Shown: one piece after another, positions 26,201-40,266 of the stretch
Layout: every line of letters begins with the position of its first letter
How positions within the stretch are numbered: position 1 is the stretch's first letter
Assembly (NCBI RefSeq): GCF_964204865.1
Contig: NC_135258.1
Location: forward strand, 13,206,001-13,270,000
DNA from: Styela clava
Lineage: Eukaryota
Reading direction: 5' to 3'
DNA: 64,000 nucleotides
Made by a program: the position numbers and the translations under genes
The notes under the pieces: model-generated
What the model saw: only the letters and a program-made list of their open reading frames with translations
Databases searched by the model: none
Told to the model about the DNA's origin: nothing

Positions 26201-29200
26201 ACAAAGATGAGTGGCGCATTTGGGTACACAGCCACAATCGGCTCATAACTGATTTTCAATGAACAAGACAAGATGAATAGTGCCCCAGATTAACTTATAT
26301 AACAGGACAATTAATTACTGACCCTTAGAGATGTGTATGCGAGATGACCTAGCATTTAAGCTGTTAAGATGTAACTGTGTTGACATTGCATGTTACACAT
26401 TTCGGGTTCAAATCCCATGTTCATCATGTAAAAATCTGGGTAGGCAATGCCAAATTGAGAAGAAAATTAGAAACTCCTCACATATCATTAGGTATTAGAG
26501 GCGCCTTGTTTCGAGCCGTAGAAAAATATCTTAATAAGTGTCATCTCTCAGTCTATATGCACATTTTCTTTCTGTTTTAATATGCTTGGTTTTCCATTTT
26601 TGGTACAGATTGGCAACACAAGTGTCTGTCTTTACCATCAATATCAGAAGGGAAAAATTTAATTTATTCTCTTCCAACAAGTGGAGGAAAAACATTGGTT
26701 GCTGAAATATTAATAATGAGAGAACTTTTATGCAAAGAAAGAGATGCTATACTTGTATTACCATTTGTAGCTATAGTACAAGAAAAGGTACAAATTTTAT
26801 TCTTTCTGGCGATTTTGGAAGATAAATTTAGCTTTCTCCTTCGAAATCCAAAGAAAGTTATTGAAACATGATTTGTAATTAGTAATATTCATAAAAAAAA
26901 GTTATTTTTAAACAGCGAATGATACTTTATTTGCAGCGAGTCATAATGTCATTTCACAAAGATAGAAATCCTGTCTCATTAGTTAAAACATATTGCCAAG
27001 TAGTAAGAACTTGCCTGTCATCGCACCGCTGGTTAACCCACATGGGTTGAAATTGTGAGGGATAATTCGGCTAAAGAGGAGAGCTCTATTCTTCATTGCT
27101 GTACCTGTACTGTATGTAGTCATGTAACTAACTGCTGATCAGCTTCCTCCACTATTTTCACACCTTGCTAGACGTCTTGATCCTAAAATAGTCAATGCTC
27201 ATTTTTCTTGTTGAAAATTCTAGGTTCGTAATATTGCACAGTTTGCAGATGAACTTGATTTCTTGGTGGAGGAATATGCCGGTAGCAAGGGAAAAATTCC
27301 ACCGACTAAACGACGAAAAAGAAAATCCTTATTTATTTGTACAATTGAGAAAGCAAATACACTGGTATGCTGTAGTCAGATAAAAACAGATTTAGATATT
27401 ATAGATATTTATAAAATGCGAATTTGAAGGGTAAAATATAATTTAAAATTGCTAAGAATATTCATGTACTGTATATAACATAAACTGTGTATAAAATTTT
27501 CGAAAGCGTTGGCATATTTTTTCTTTAAATGCAACAATTAAATATTTTGTCACCAATTTGTCAATATTCGGTTTATCTTTTTGTCTATATTGATAAAAAT
27601 TCAATTTATAAAATTACACTGGGTCACTCATTTCTTGATATCTTCACATCCAAATTTTCTCAATATTGAAAGAAATATGTAATTACAATAATACTTAACT
27701 TACAGGTAAACTCCTTAATTGAAGCCCAAAGACTAGATAGTGTTGGCTTAGTTGTTGTTGATGAACTTCATATGTTGGGTGAAGGTGGACGGAGAGGAGC
27801 AACTATTGAAATGACACTTGCAAAAATTATGCATGTTTCTTGTAAGAATAACTTATCCTAGATCTAGATTTTGTGTTCAAATTATTTTTTTTATGGTTTT
27901 ACTAGGATGCTAGTTTTTAGCATTGTATTCCAAACTATTTACTTATTCATATAAGCTGTTTGCTTTTGTATTAAATTGAGGTAGGTTTTGCATCAATTGG
28001 CATTCGCTGGTACGAAATGCACTACCACAAATCTATATAGTTTCTGTTAACATTCTTTAAAGAAAAAGTGATAAATGTGCAGAATTCAGTATTTGTTGGT
28101 CTTTAATCAAGACAATGTATAACAGATTACCAATTTGACAGTATGAATCTTTGAGAAAGCTGTTTAAATCTTGTTTTGAAACATTTCTATGTAATGTACT
28201 CATTGCCAATTAAAGTAGTTTCACTCCTAAATTTTCATAAAGTGATAAATTTCATTTCGGAAAACCTTAAACATAGAAAACTAATCTAACCGCTGTTTAT
28301 CTTCTACTTCCCGCATTTTAAAATTCAAATTGAGCATGTTTCAACTTCTATATGTTTTCTTTTGAACATGACCCAATATATTCCATATTCAAAAATATAA
28401 TTTCAGAATGTATTCGTAATAATAGATCATTTAGTTCTGACCATTCTTCAATTTATCCTCCAGGTACTACACAAATTATTGGGATGTCTGCAACTCTCAG
28501 CAATATTGGAGATCTGGCAACTTTTTTACATTCTGAAGTTTATACAAATGATTTTCGTCCTGTAACTCTTGATGAACACGTTAAATATGAAGATTCTATT
28601 TATAAAGTTGATACGAAGAATTTAAATCCTGATGAACAATTAACGATTGATAGACCTATCGGATATGCAGTGAGTGCTATTTCGTCAGTTTTGGCCAACC
28701 TTATACTCGAATATATTCACTGCCTTGGTTTTTTGTTTATGCAAATCTGCAGTTGGGATTCATATTCAAATAGTTTAGTAGTATTCTAGTATATTTCCTT
28801 GCACTCAATTCTGATTTCGATATATTTTTGAATTAGATAATGATTTCACAACAAATCTATTCTACAAAAATTCTGATTCTCTAAATATTGTTTTGCATAA
28901 AAATAACAATTTTTCAGTTTTTTCGAGTTAGCAGTCATAGTTTAATTTCACCATTTCTGTCAAATAATGCACAAGATTTCCGAATAATATGAAATTTGTT
29001 GTCGCTGTTGTTGTCATTTTTAAACAATAATATTGAGATAACACGTTTTATTTTTAATTTAAATTTTAATGTTCAATTTAAATCATGAACATCAATTTCA
29101 TATTTATTGATATGATTACGTGTAAATAAGCAGCTCCTTGCAACATGCCATAAATTTAATACCGTTGCTTTTATTTTAGAATAAAGAAATGTCATTAAGA

Positions 29201-32200
29201 GATACTGATCATCTCGCAACATTAGTTTTAGAAGTTATACCTGATCACTCATGTTTAATATTTTGTGCTACAAAGAAGAATTGTGAAAATGTGGCAACCA
29301 TGATTTGCAAGTTATTACCAGAGTAAGTTTATCTGTTGTACATCACAATATTTTGGTCAACTATATAATCAGGCTTGTGTGAATAATTGCTTCTAAGCTT
29401 CATATTTCTGGGCCGCTGAGTATCAAAGTTTTATTTCGTCGATAAAATTGTCAAAAAGATCTCTTTGTCAAATTTGTCAACCAAGATAAAAATTCAGTTC
29501 AAACATAATACAGCAATATAAATTATAGATCTCTCAAAGAAAGAAAAGTGAGAGAAAAGAAGGGAATATTAGAGACATTATATCAAGATTCCGGTAATGA
29601 AGGAATATGTCCTGTTTTGTTGAAAACCATTCCTTATGGTGTTGCATATCATCACAGGTGAGCCTGGTGTTTTTACATTTAGTAATATTCTTACATTATT
29701 ATATCAAATACATTCCACTATAATGTATTTGAATTGAAAAAAAACTGAATTTATTCCATATGCCATGGAAGTTTACCATATATATAAGATTAACAAACAG
29801 AGGTTTGGGGCCAGAAAGTTTCAGAAACCCTGTTTCAGACTAGCATTGGTGGCTATGACTTCATAATATTTGACATCTATATTGATATTTTCTGTGTAGA
29901 CTGTAGCATAGAGAAAATATCAAGTACGAAAGATGGCTGGCCATGTACATCATGATCCAAAATCCACGAATGTTTGACGAACAATCAGGACGGGCAGAGA
30001 TGGATTTTTTTCTGCTGTGATAATATGCTGCTGTGAAAAAATTTCTAAATAGGATATAGGATTCAATTACCTTAAATACACTAAAATTTTTTAATAAATT
30101 TACCCTAAATACGTTTCATTTATTTTTTTTTTGAAAGTGGATTAACATCGGATGAAAGAAGACTAATAGAAGGAGCATATACAGATGGTGTATTATGTGT
30201 TATCACTTGCACATCTACTCTCGCTGCAGGTGTTAATTTACCAGCAAGGAGGTATAAATAGATTGTATTCTATATAGACTATAATCCTATTTCAGAGTTT
30301 TGCATCTTATTGATTGAAATTGTTGATGAATTGAATTTAATAGTTGGATCTGCTTTGCAAAAATATTTAATATCACTATGTCAGAAAAAAATTTCCCAGA
30401 AAATAATTAATTTCCATGTTTTGAATTTTATGAAAACAAATTTATGAATTGTTCTCAGTATTATTCTAATTTGTTCAATAATTGTGTAATAATTTCTCGT
30501 TTCATCTTCTAATATTTGAATGATATAAACTGTAAAGTATGAATAAAATTTTAACATGAGTCATAGTTTTTCTAATCAGCTCATATGCTCAAGATAATTT
30601 GAAAACGCGTATCCCCAGAAACTTTTTTGTTTCAAACAATTAAAAACAGACAATAGAGTATTAGCATAATTATTGATTACGAGCTTGTTGTCAGTCAATG
30701 TATTGTGTATAGATTTTTCGTTTTAATTGAACGCTTTTGTATAAATATGTTTGAGTGCCTGCTTATGCAGAGTCTTGTTCAGAGAGAAAGACATATAATA
30801 CCTCATTACAATTTTGGTTGTTTCCATACCGATTCTTTGCTTTTTTTCAGGGTTATTATTCGTTCTCCATATGTTGGAAGAAGTTTTTTATCACGAGCGC
30901 AATATAAACAAATGGTTGGCCGAGCGGGAAGAGCTGGTATCGATACAAAAGGAGAAAGTTATCTCATTTTAACCAAAACACAGGTCAGTGTGATTCAAAA
31001 CAAAATTTTTGTGTATAAAAATTTTGACAAATTCACTAAAATTTTTATATAAATGATGATTATAATAGAGATTTTCCTTTGTCAAGTACAAGTCAATATT
31101 TGGACTTTGTCAAAATATACAAAGCTCAATTTTGACAATTTATCTAACAGTCAGGGAAAATTCCCCCATTGAAAACAATTGTGTATATTCATTTTTGACA
31201 AAAATATACAATATACCGGTACTCAAATCCGTCACCTAAGTATAGTTTAGTTTAACTTCTACAAATAAAATCACAACTAAATCGTGCTTTTTTTATTATC
31301 TAGGACAAGCAAAGAGTTATGGAACTGGTAACAGGACCTGTCGAAACATGCATAAGTAGTTTAATGTATGATGGTGGAAAAGGTTTCAAGACATTAATAT
31401 TGAATTTAATTGGTTTGAAGGTGAATCTTTTTTATTTAAGTTCAGTAAGCTTTTTTCTTGTCTAATTATGGAGTTTCAATTTTTTGCTCGGCAGTGGGAC
31501 ATCTTTGCTAAGTGTTATGAATACACTTGCCATCGCATCCCTGATTACCATGTATGGGTTCGCAAGTTTGAATCATTTACGAAAACTTATACTTACTCGT
31601 ACTTTTTTAAATTTCAGTTTTAATTAAATTCATATAATACTAGTCCAGTGGTTTCCAAACTTTTTCAAAAAAATTCCATGACGAACCCCTTTCAATTTTA
31701 TGCACCAAAACAAAACATTAAAAGATCACAACAAAAAACCAATGCTCCGTATAGTGAAAAGAACAAAAGAATATAAAGCGCAACTCTCATGACATGTATG
31801 ACATCCAGTCTGTTTCGATATTTGGTAAATATGCAAAAGGGCAGCGTCAGCTACAGCTCTGTAGTTTATAAACTTGTGATGGCATCAATTGAACTCTCAC
31901 TGTGGTGTCACAGGCCCACAGCTCTGAAGCAGCAAAAAGGCGACACAAGTGTATTTGCTAGTTTAAGAACTTTTGTATTATCACACTATTAGCCATATTA
32001 CAGATTTGTTTCGCAGACCCTCCGAAAGTGCTTCACTGACCCCAAAAGGTCCGCAGACTCTAGTTAGGGAACCACTCTACTAATTTAAGGGGAAATCTGT
32101 TTCTCTAATAGGGCCTGTGACCTTATTTGATGTGAATTATCATAAAATGAATATTTTCCTTCATATTTTACAGATAATGACAAAATTATCTGATGTCAAA

Positions 32201-35047
32201 GATTTCTTTTCTCGAACTTTAATATCTGTGCAATTGAAATCACTTCCTGATAGATTTTCATATTTATCAACAACCGAAGATACCTCAGACAATGCAACCT
32301 TGGTTGAAAATGTCACCAAAAATGCTCTTCAAGAATTGCTAAATCTAAAACTTATTAAACTCGTTAAATTGAAAGAAGGTGTGAGATTGTTATATTTTTT
32401 ATGCAAGATATTTAAATGTGTTTTGCTCAGAACAATGTCCTGCACAAGCAGCCACCACTTGTTGCTTTTCTCTCAGACAGATGTATCATCAATCTATTTC
32501 AAATTTTCAGTAATTAAAGATGATTGAAGCTGCTTGAATGTTCCTATTCCTGATATTTCACACAAACCTTTTTGTTTTTATGAAATTTGAAAACACTCAG
32601 TACCAAGGCGATTATTCACAAATTTCTTTTGCATACTCTGTGCCCAGCGAATAGTGTGTAGTTTAATCTGGTACATGCGAGTATTTCCAATCTCTTAGTA
32701 TTGCGAAACCTATACCCGAGTCCAATTTATTATCTATGCCTATGACGTTACAATGCCTTAACAGCTAGCTTCTCTTATAGATGAAAATTCTCCAGATTCA
32801 AAGGACATTTCAGATTATGGTTTAGAGGCAACAAAACTTGGAATTGCAACGAATCGTGGTTCTATTGATTTAACAATCAGTAATATTGTATATGATGATA
32901 TGAAACTTGGACTGCAAAATCTTGTGCTTTTGAACTATCTTCATTTACTTTATCTGGTAAGAACTATATGCAAGTTCCATATAGCCCAAGTTTTGTTCTC
33001 GTAATTTTGTTACAATAATTTATTTAACTGTATAAAATAAACTGGGTGATTTATCGCCAATGACTCTGGACATAAGATTTTTTAGAGTGACAATTCCAAC
33101 TCTATTGGATTTTTATTACCTATTGAACAAGACTCTATAGAGCAATCATTAATATATAGAGATATGTAAGGAGATACTTTTATTTGGAATGACCAAGATC
33201 TATCTTGTTTTGCATTGCTTACTCAATTTATTACACCCTAGCTGAGGTGGGGGAATGGGATGAAATCAATATTTTAACCTGTGATGCATCATATTTAGGT
33301 CAATGTTTCAACCACCAGGCCAGCGGCCGAACCCACTTTGATGCTGCATTTTTATGATCCCTGTTTTTGAAGATGAAGATATCTAATATATGAAATAAGT
33401 TATAACTGATTTAGGGACTGGATTTGAAAACCTATTGTACTAACAAGTTGTATTTTGTGTTAAATAGAATTTGAATGTGAACGAATTTGTCTGTTTTCGT
33501 AGGTCACCCCACATGATGCATGTGCTAATATCAAGCCAAATTGGATGTTTTATTTTGAAGAATATGGTAAACTTACACCAGATGAACAAACTGCTGCAAC
33601 TGTAATTGGTGTTCCTGAGAATTTTATTGCAATGAAAGCAGCTGGTCATAGAGTCAGAAATAAAGTAAATATTAATATTTAGTGAATATCAATTTTAAAT
33701 TTATCACATCTTCATTTTAAACTCAATTTCATTTGATTGTCATTATATTTTAGAAATTTAAAGATGATGTTGTTTCAAGATTTTATGTAACGTTAATGTT
33801 GTATCACTTATTCCGTGGTAAATCTGTTTGGGAAGTTTCTGTCAGATTTGAACAACCAAGAGGATTTCTGCAAAGTTTACTGTCAAGTTCTGCTGCTTTC
33901 GCTTCTTGTGTTTTGCATTTTACAAAGGTAGTGAGTTAAGAGATATTGTATATTTTTGGTTAATGGAAATATATATTCCGACTGTACTCAATATTTTTAG
34001 AATATTTGTATGTGAAGATAATTTGAAAGTGATCTATGTAGTATGAAAATCGTATATTAGAGATATAATTTTGTTGTAGTCAGACTTGTGATTCAATATC
34101 TTTCCAACACACAGGAACTGGAAGAGTTCTGGCCATATCATGCACTACTTGAAAAATTGATTCAATGTTTGCAATATTGTACAACTGCTGAATTAATACC
34201 TCTCATGGAAATACCAGGAGTAAAAATTGCAAGAGCTAAACAGGTTTGCAAAAACAGTCATGTTGTCATTAATATTGTATTAACACATACATTATAAAGT
34301 GGTTTATTTAAAGGTATAAAGCTTACCTGATAAAGTAAGAAACTGCAATGCTGGCCAATATTGAAAATTTATTGAAGTGATTGATTTATAAATATTATAG
34401 ATTTTCATATATTTTTTTGCCAATTTCAGCTTTTTAATTCTGGCTTCAAATCGTTGGCACAAATAGCAAAGTCAGAAGCCAACAATTTGGTGAAAAACAT
34501 TGAACATCTCTCAAAACGACAAGCACTTCAGATAATTGCATCAGCCAAGGTTAGATTAGTAATTGTTGGCAGATTTACAGCTTGCAATCATTGATTCTTT
34601 ATTTGAGTAGTCTCAGATATCTATTGAACTATTGTAACTATTGAAGTTTTGTGCTTTGTATCAAGTTATACAAGACTGATAAAAGTAGTTTTTTCAGAAA
34701 CCTAACAGAATAAGCACGACATGACAGTGTTTACTTGAGAGCATTTTTTTAAATAAATGATTATCTTTTATGTTAAGTGTCTATGATACTGACTACTGGA
34801 ATCGTATAAAACCTGTGTAATATTCGCATTTCATGATTACAAGCTCTTTTCAAAATACTAAAACACTTTACAGTATACCCAAAGGAAGGGATTTCTCCTC
34901 TGCATCTCATGAAGTTTTGTGTTTTGGCCAGACAATTGCAGATACAAGTAATACTAATAACTGATAATTATTCAGGTTCTTCTAAAAGAAAAGATTGAAG
35001 AATTGCAAGCGGAGGCAGAAGAATTACAAACAATACCGGATATATGA
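23248..35047 (+). CDS. HELQ: Helicase POLQ-like (HEL308)
   Basis: About 21 coding exons. Motifs [15 protein letters not shown] (Walker A), [58 protein letters not shown]. Stop at 35045-35047 followed by AATAAA. Confidence 0.95.
24229..24751. mobile_element. hAT (Charlie-like) MITE in HELQ intron 2
   Basis: TIRs CAGGGGTCGGGAAC and GTTCCCGACCCCTG, with a perfect 8-bp TSD AGCTATAG. Confidence 0.92.
31646..32077. mobile_element. hAT (Charlie-like) MITE, relative of 9870-10246
   Basis: TIRs CAGTGGTTTCCAAAC and GTTAGGGAACCACT; TSD-like TACTAGTC/TACTAATT; shared AAAAGATCACAACAAAAAA block. Confidence 0.7.
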
Positions 35048-35857
35048 TTTTTCAATAAAATTAATTTTGTGGTGTTTGATAGAATCAGTATTGAATATGA
35101 AAATTTCAGTATTCTTAGTTTTTGACACGATTGTCTGATTTTGCTTTCATACACATTTTTTTTTGCACAAGCATGTAACAGTTTTTATGAAATTTGGCAA
35201 AAAATCAAGGAATAATAAGATGTCGCTTTGAAATCAAGGACAATTCGACCAAGCCATTACAACCTTATAAAGGCACGTCTTATTTAAAATATTCAAATGT
35301 CACGCTGCTGTCTTATTAGTTCTAGGACTCAACTGTTGTCTTCAGAAGCGTGCTTGCTCTGCAAATTAATAGGATTCGCTGTCAACTGTTTAAATTCACT
35401 TACTTGCAGTGTTATTGGGATGAAAGTTTTATTTCAAAGATGTGTTTTGCCTGAAATCTCATGCCAGGAGGCCTGACAGTCTGTTTGATGCTGTCAGCAA
35501 AGTTTTTACTGTTATCACTGATGGCCTCTATGTCACAAGTATCCAAAAGACCGTTGGGATTCGAACCCACGCAGGGTAATCAGAGGTGCGATGCGCCACT
35601 GTTCTATTCTGTCACACTTGTGCGCCAATCTTTTAAGCAAGCTGGGTGCGCTAAAGTTGCCCGTGGATTCCAGCATTGCTTCCTTGTTTCAAATAAATAG
35701 GAACTCTATCAAAATTGCCAAAGAGAGTCGTACACTTGTTATACCGTAAAATCCTATCACAAACGGATATTTTTATTTAAATTATATCGGAAACTGAAAA
35801 ATTACTTCAGTTAATAAACTTACAATATTGGTAAGAAGGAAGACTAGGTCTTAATTT

Positions 35858-35969
35858 GGACCTCCACAAGTATGTGCACCAAGATGGTGCACACCCTGAA
35901 CATGGTATGTGTACCAGGTTTGGGTTCAGGTTGTTCGCCATCTTGGTGCACATACTTCGGTAGCCCCCC
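35858..35969. mobile_element. Foldback MITE, family copy 2, apparently nested in a pogo/Tigger-like remnant ending ...GAAAACACGG-TA at ~36062
   Basis: Arms AAGTATGTGCACCAAGATGG and CCATCTTGGTGCACATACTT. The flanks contain CTAGGTCTTA and AGGGCTTATATT repeats. Confidence 0.75.
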
Positions 35970-36792
35970 TATTTTTATGGAAGGGCTTATATTAAAATCA
36001 TTTTCAAGAATCAGGCTAGGTCCTATTTTCAGGGTAAGTCCTTTTTTCGGGAAAACACGGTAGTAGCATAGTCTGACCGTAAATATATACTACTACGGTC
36101 TGACGAAAGGTTGAAATAAGTTGCATTGCGAGGAAGAGGCTAAATTTTTGCTTTTCTATAAACTCTTATCAAATTATTGAAATAGCTTAAAAAAAGATTA
36201 CAGCAAAAAATACTGATGTTTCAGGGAGCTTTGACTTCCTCGTTAATATCCGTAGCATCGACTAATCAGAAATAAGTTGACGCAGTGATCGTGACGTAAC
36301 AATGGGAGTGAATTGCACAACCAATTCTTCGCCCAGCGTTCTCGTGAATGTCAACTCGTTTCCCCATTTTCATTCGTAAATTTTTAAACAAAAATTGTTA
36401 CTATAATTTCGTAATAACCATAAAGTAACTGCCTTCGATTTTTGGGGAGTTTCAGTAGTAGCCGATGTATGTAATCGGGGAAGCCAGCGAAAAATAGAAT
36501 GAACTAAATTAATTGCCAGCACTTCTCAATTGTTTGATGTTTCCTACAACCCTACTTGAGTCAAATAACAAAAACAATCGCAAGGTATACGCTAGAAACG
36601 GCTGTATTGGACAAATTTTTATGAGGTAAGAGAAAATCCGATCGGGTGAATATCATTCCGTGTGACGTCATAATGTTAATTGCTATTGGCGACCAGCTGA
36701 CAGTCAGCTGATCTTATTTACAAATCCCAGCATATTTGAAGAAAAATTTCTACGTTGCGGACCTCGTCTACAACTTGCGATACTTTTTCAAT

Positions 36793-38462
36793 ATGGAGAA
36801 GAATTTTGAAGGTTTGAATATCATAACAAAAGAGCAGGTACTATTAGCTTCTAGTACAATTTATTTCTCCTTAAATAACTGATTACCATGTTCGTATTTT
36901 TGTTTGTATTTAGCGCTGCAATCAGTCAGTGTCCTTCCAGTACGCGGAGCGATATAAATCAACTGATATTTTTGTATTTAGCATTGCCCGGTTTTATGGA
37001 CTTTATACATTTTTCTCACCCTAACAAATTTGTCTTGTTCTGTCCATGTTGAATGAATAGTATAATTTGATGCTCTGTGTTGAACCACAATCCCTAGCGT
37101 ATGATCTTAAACTATTTAACAACTTAAAAAAAATTCATGAATATGGTACCTGGTGAGTTCACATACGCAAGTCGCAAGCCTTTCTCCAAGTGGGGATTTT
37201 ATGAATAATGAAAGGTTCCAGCTGTAATGTAACTTCATACAAACATGTAGCCTACAAAAAGTATTATTGAAAGTTTCTATTTGACCAAGGCATTTGGGAA
37301 ACAAACTCAAAAGCCGACGGAATTGATGAAGACCAATCAATTAGAATACGGAAATAAGATATCGCCGTCCGATCTCATCGAAAAGCCAACTACACGTCGT
37401 TCAAGAAGTGTTGATACTGGTCGCAGAATGGCATCTCTTCTAGAACCCCATCGATCAAGAAGTGTTTGTAGCATGGGCAATAGATTGGGTAAATGAGTAA
37501 ATAATTTATTTTCATTTAATTCATACGAAATTAATAATATTTTTCCTAGTAATTAGATTATTAATCAGACAGTTAATGATGGAACTTATATAAAATTCCA
37601 AAAATAATTAATTAGGCTATGGACATTGCCGACTTATGTACAGTTTTTCGAACCTCTTAATGCATCACACGTTTGTCATCATTTATTGTGTGAAATGTCC
37701 TTTTAATTGGGAGAAAACAATCTCACGATAATCGGAATAATTATTCAATTGATAACTAGTCATTATTGAATCCACTGGATGGAATTCTATCATTTTTATA
37801 GAGATTGAACTTTGCAATAGCGGCGATGGCAACTTCCTGTGTCTACCAAATATAGCAAAGATGAACAATGAGGGAAGAATAAGGTTAGATACTGTCTGTT
37901 TTAAAATACTTCATATACGGAATAAAAATATAGGAAGATTCCCATTGACCTGTGTTTAATTTTGGTTTGATAATACAAATATATATCAAACGCCAGTTTT
38001 TTCCACAATTCGGATGGTAATTTCATAAAATCAATCACAGGACAGTATACTTCTCCCAAATTTAAGCATCATCGAATGAAAATCGTGTACCTACTTGACT
38101 AGGTGTGTAACTATTTTTTGTTTCTGTTTTACAGTACGGATAGCGGTTCCGCGCCAAGCAATCCGGTTGTGACTTCCTATTCTACTTTTGCGGCCAAGAG
38201 CAGTACGCCTATTCATTCTCCACCACCAACTCGAAAACCATCAAACCCGAAATCCGCAAAAGGAAAATGGAAACGCCGTCATCATAGAGTTCACCCCACT
38301 GCTGATATCTCAGTTTCCGCACCTCCCACAGATGGGCCGACGCGAGGTGACAAAAAATCGTCAAAAATCAATCGGTTTTTCAAATTTTCACTGGCAAAAT
38401 GGGGTATGATGGCGCTGAAACCTCTCACGGTGATGTCCTCGCCGTTGATGACTTTTATGTAA
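36793..38462 (+). CDS. Uncharacterised 217-aa basic, Ser/Pro-rich protein (4 exons)
   Basis: Exons 36793-36837, 37290-37488, 37802-37883 and 38135-38462 join through GT-AG introns with matching phases (0, 1, 2) into one 654-nt ORF. A CpG-containing promoter with CRE sites lies upstream. No family recognised. Confidence 0.7.
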
Positions 38463-40266
38463 GCATTTTATGACTTACATTAGTTAGGGTATTGATATTT
38501 TTATTTTGTGAACTATTTGTTTGTTGTATTGGGTATTTGGGTCCATATTCAGTGTGATAAAAGATAGTATATATATAGTTCATAAAGTTTTAGTGACTAA
38601 ATACCCCTGAGATGAATAATTAAATACGATCCTAAGTACAATTACCAAAAAAATATTTCAATTTTAAAATAGTTATTTTACGTCTTCAGATTCACCGAGA
38701 ATAATATTTTATATTGTTATTCACTTAACAACCATTTTGCGCTAAAACCTTCGTTTCTGAAAACCTTATGCCCCTTGATTAATCAAACTAAATGCATTAA
38801 ACGAGTTTTAACATTTTTGGAAGAGTTGCAAAATTATAGAAATCAACATAATCGTCAGTCTTCTGATAGTATATTAATTCGACTGTTTTTTGGTGATAGA
38901 ATATTTTTGCACGGCACTCAGCCTTGAGATCTTTTGATCTGACTAGTAAAAATATTCTTGATGTCACTTTCTAAATTTAACTTTTGAAGTGTTTGGAAAT
39001 TTGTTTTTTTTTTGTATCGGCATTTGAGACACATCACGTCATTGAATCGTTTCAAACGTTCATCAATTTGATTGCGACATGGCATTTTCCATTCAGAAAT
39101 TCATCGACTTTATATTTTTTGCCAAGCATGTTTTCAACTTGTTTGATCAAGGATAATAATCCAAAGATAAATTTTTGATTGAATTCAAGCCTTGGCTTCC
39201 GATTTATTGGTTGCGACTGGTCAAAATCATTTTCGTATTTTAGTAACATTGAATCGTAATTTTGGTATGAATTTGTTGCTTTAGACATTTTTTAAATCTA
39301 CCTCTAAAATTTCACAGGATTTTAATTGTATTTTTTAGTGGAAATTAAAGTTTTTATGCAATTTAATATTGATTTAGTTATGTGGAGGAGGAAGAATTTG
39401 GATAAGTCACCGGTAGCTTGAATTCAAACCAATCAGTATTTTAGTATATTATATAGTGCAGTCGACTTTATTGTATTCATGAATTTTATTGAATGTAAAT
39501 AAGTATTATAAATAATTTAACTCGATACAAACAAATAAATAGTTCACGTTTGAAAATCGTCTGTTCTGATCTGCTATTTACTTAAGGACTTTCACTGGGT
39601 AGGGGAATGATGTTTACTGTTTGGACATGACTAGCTTTCGATTTAGGCTAATTGTGAGTATTTAGTTAGAAGAAATATTTATGCGACGTCTAACATAAAT
39701 CTAGGCTCATCAATAGCTGAATTTGGTGAAACTGAAGAGCTTTGGCGGATTTATATTGTATTAAGTGTGTGTGATTTTATTTACTAATATTCTTTACAAA
39801 ACGCACAGTACATTAGAAAAAACTCCAACCGCAGAAAAAATATTTCAATACTTTATTCCTATCTAGCAAATATTCTTTTAATTGTTATTTGGGGTGGTTA
39901 GTAACAATATCACTGACTTATAAAGTTTTATAAAAGATTCTGAAAAATAAAAGTATTCTCATTTAAATTGTTATCAGTATATAAAGGGATTTTCATTCGT
40001 TAGCCACAAACTCAGAAAATTCACTATATCACAATGTAATCTTTATCCTATTTCCATCGGTCACCGCATAACAAATAGAATTCTATCCATCGTATTTCCG
40101 ATGGAAAAATTGAAGTAATATTACAATTTTCTATATTTTTCAAAAAGAGACAATGAAATTTCAGTTATATATATTACGACAAAGCCTTCCTTATGAGCAG
40201 ACATTGACATTCGGAAGAAAACAATTATCCCTTGTTTTGCGACACAAAAATTGAACAGTGCAATCG

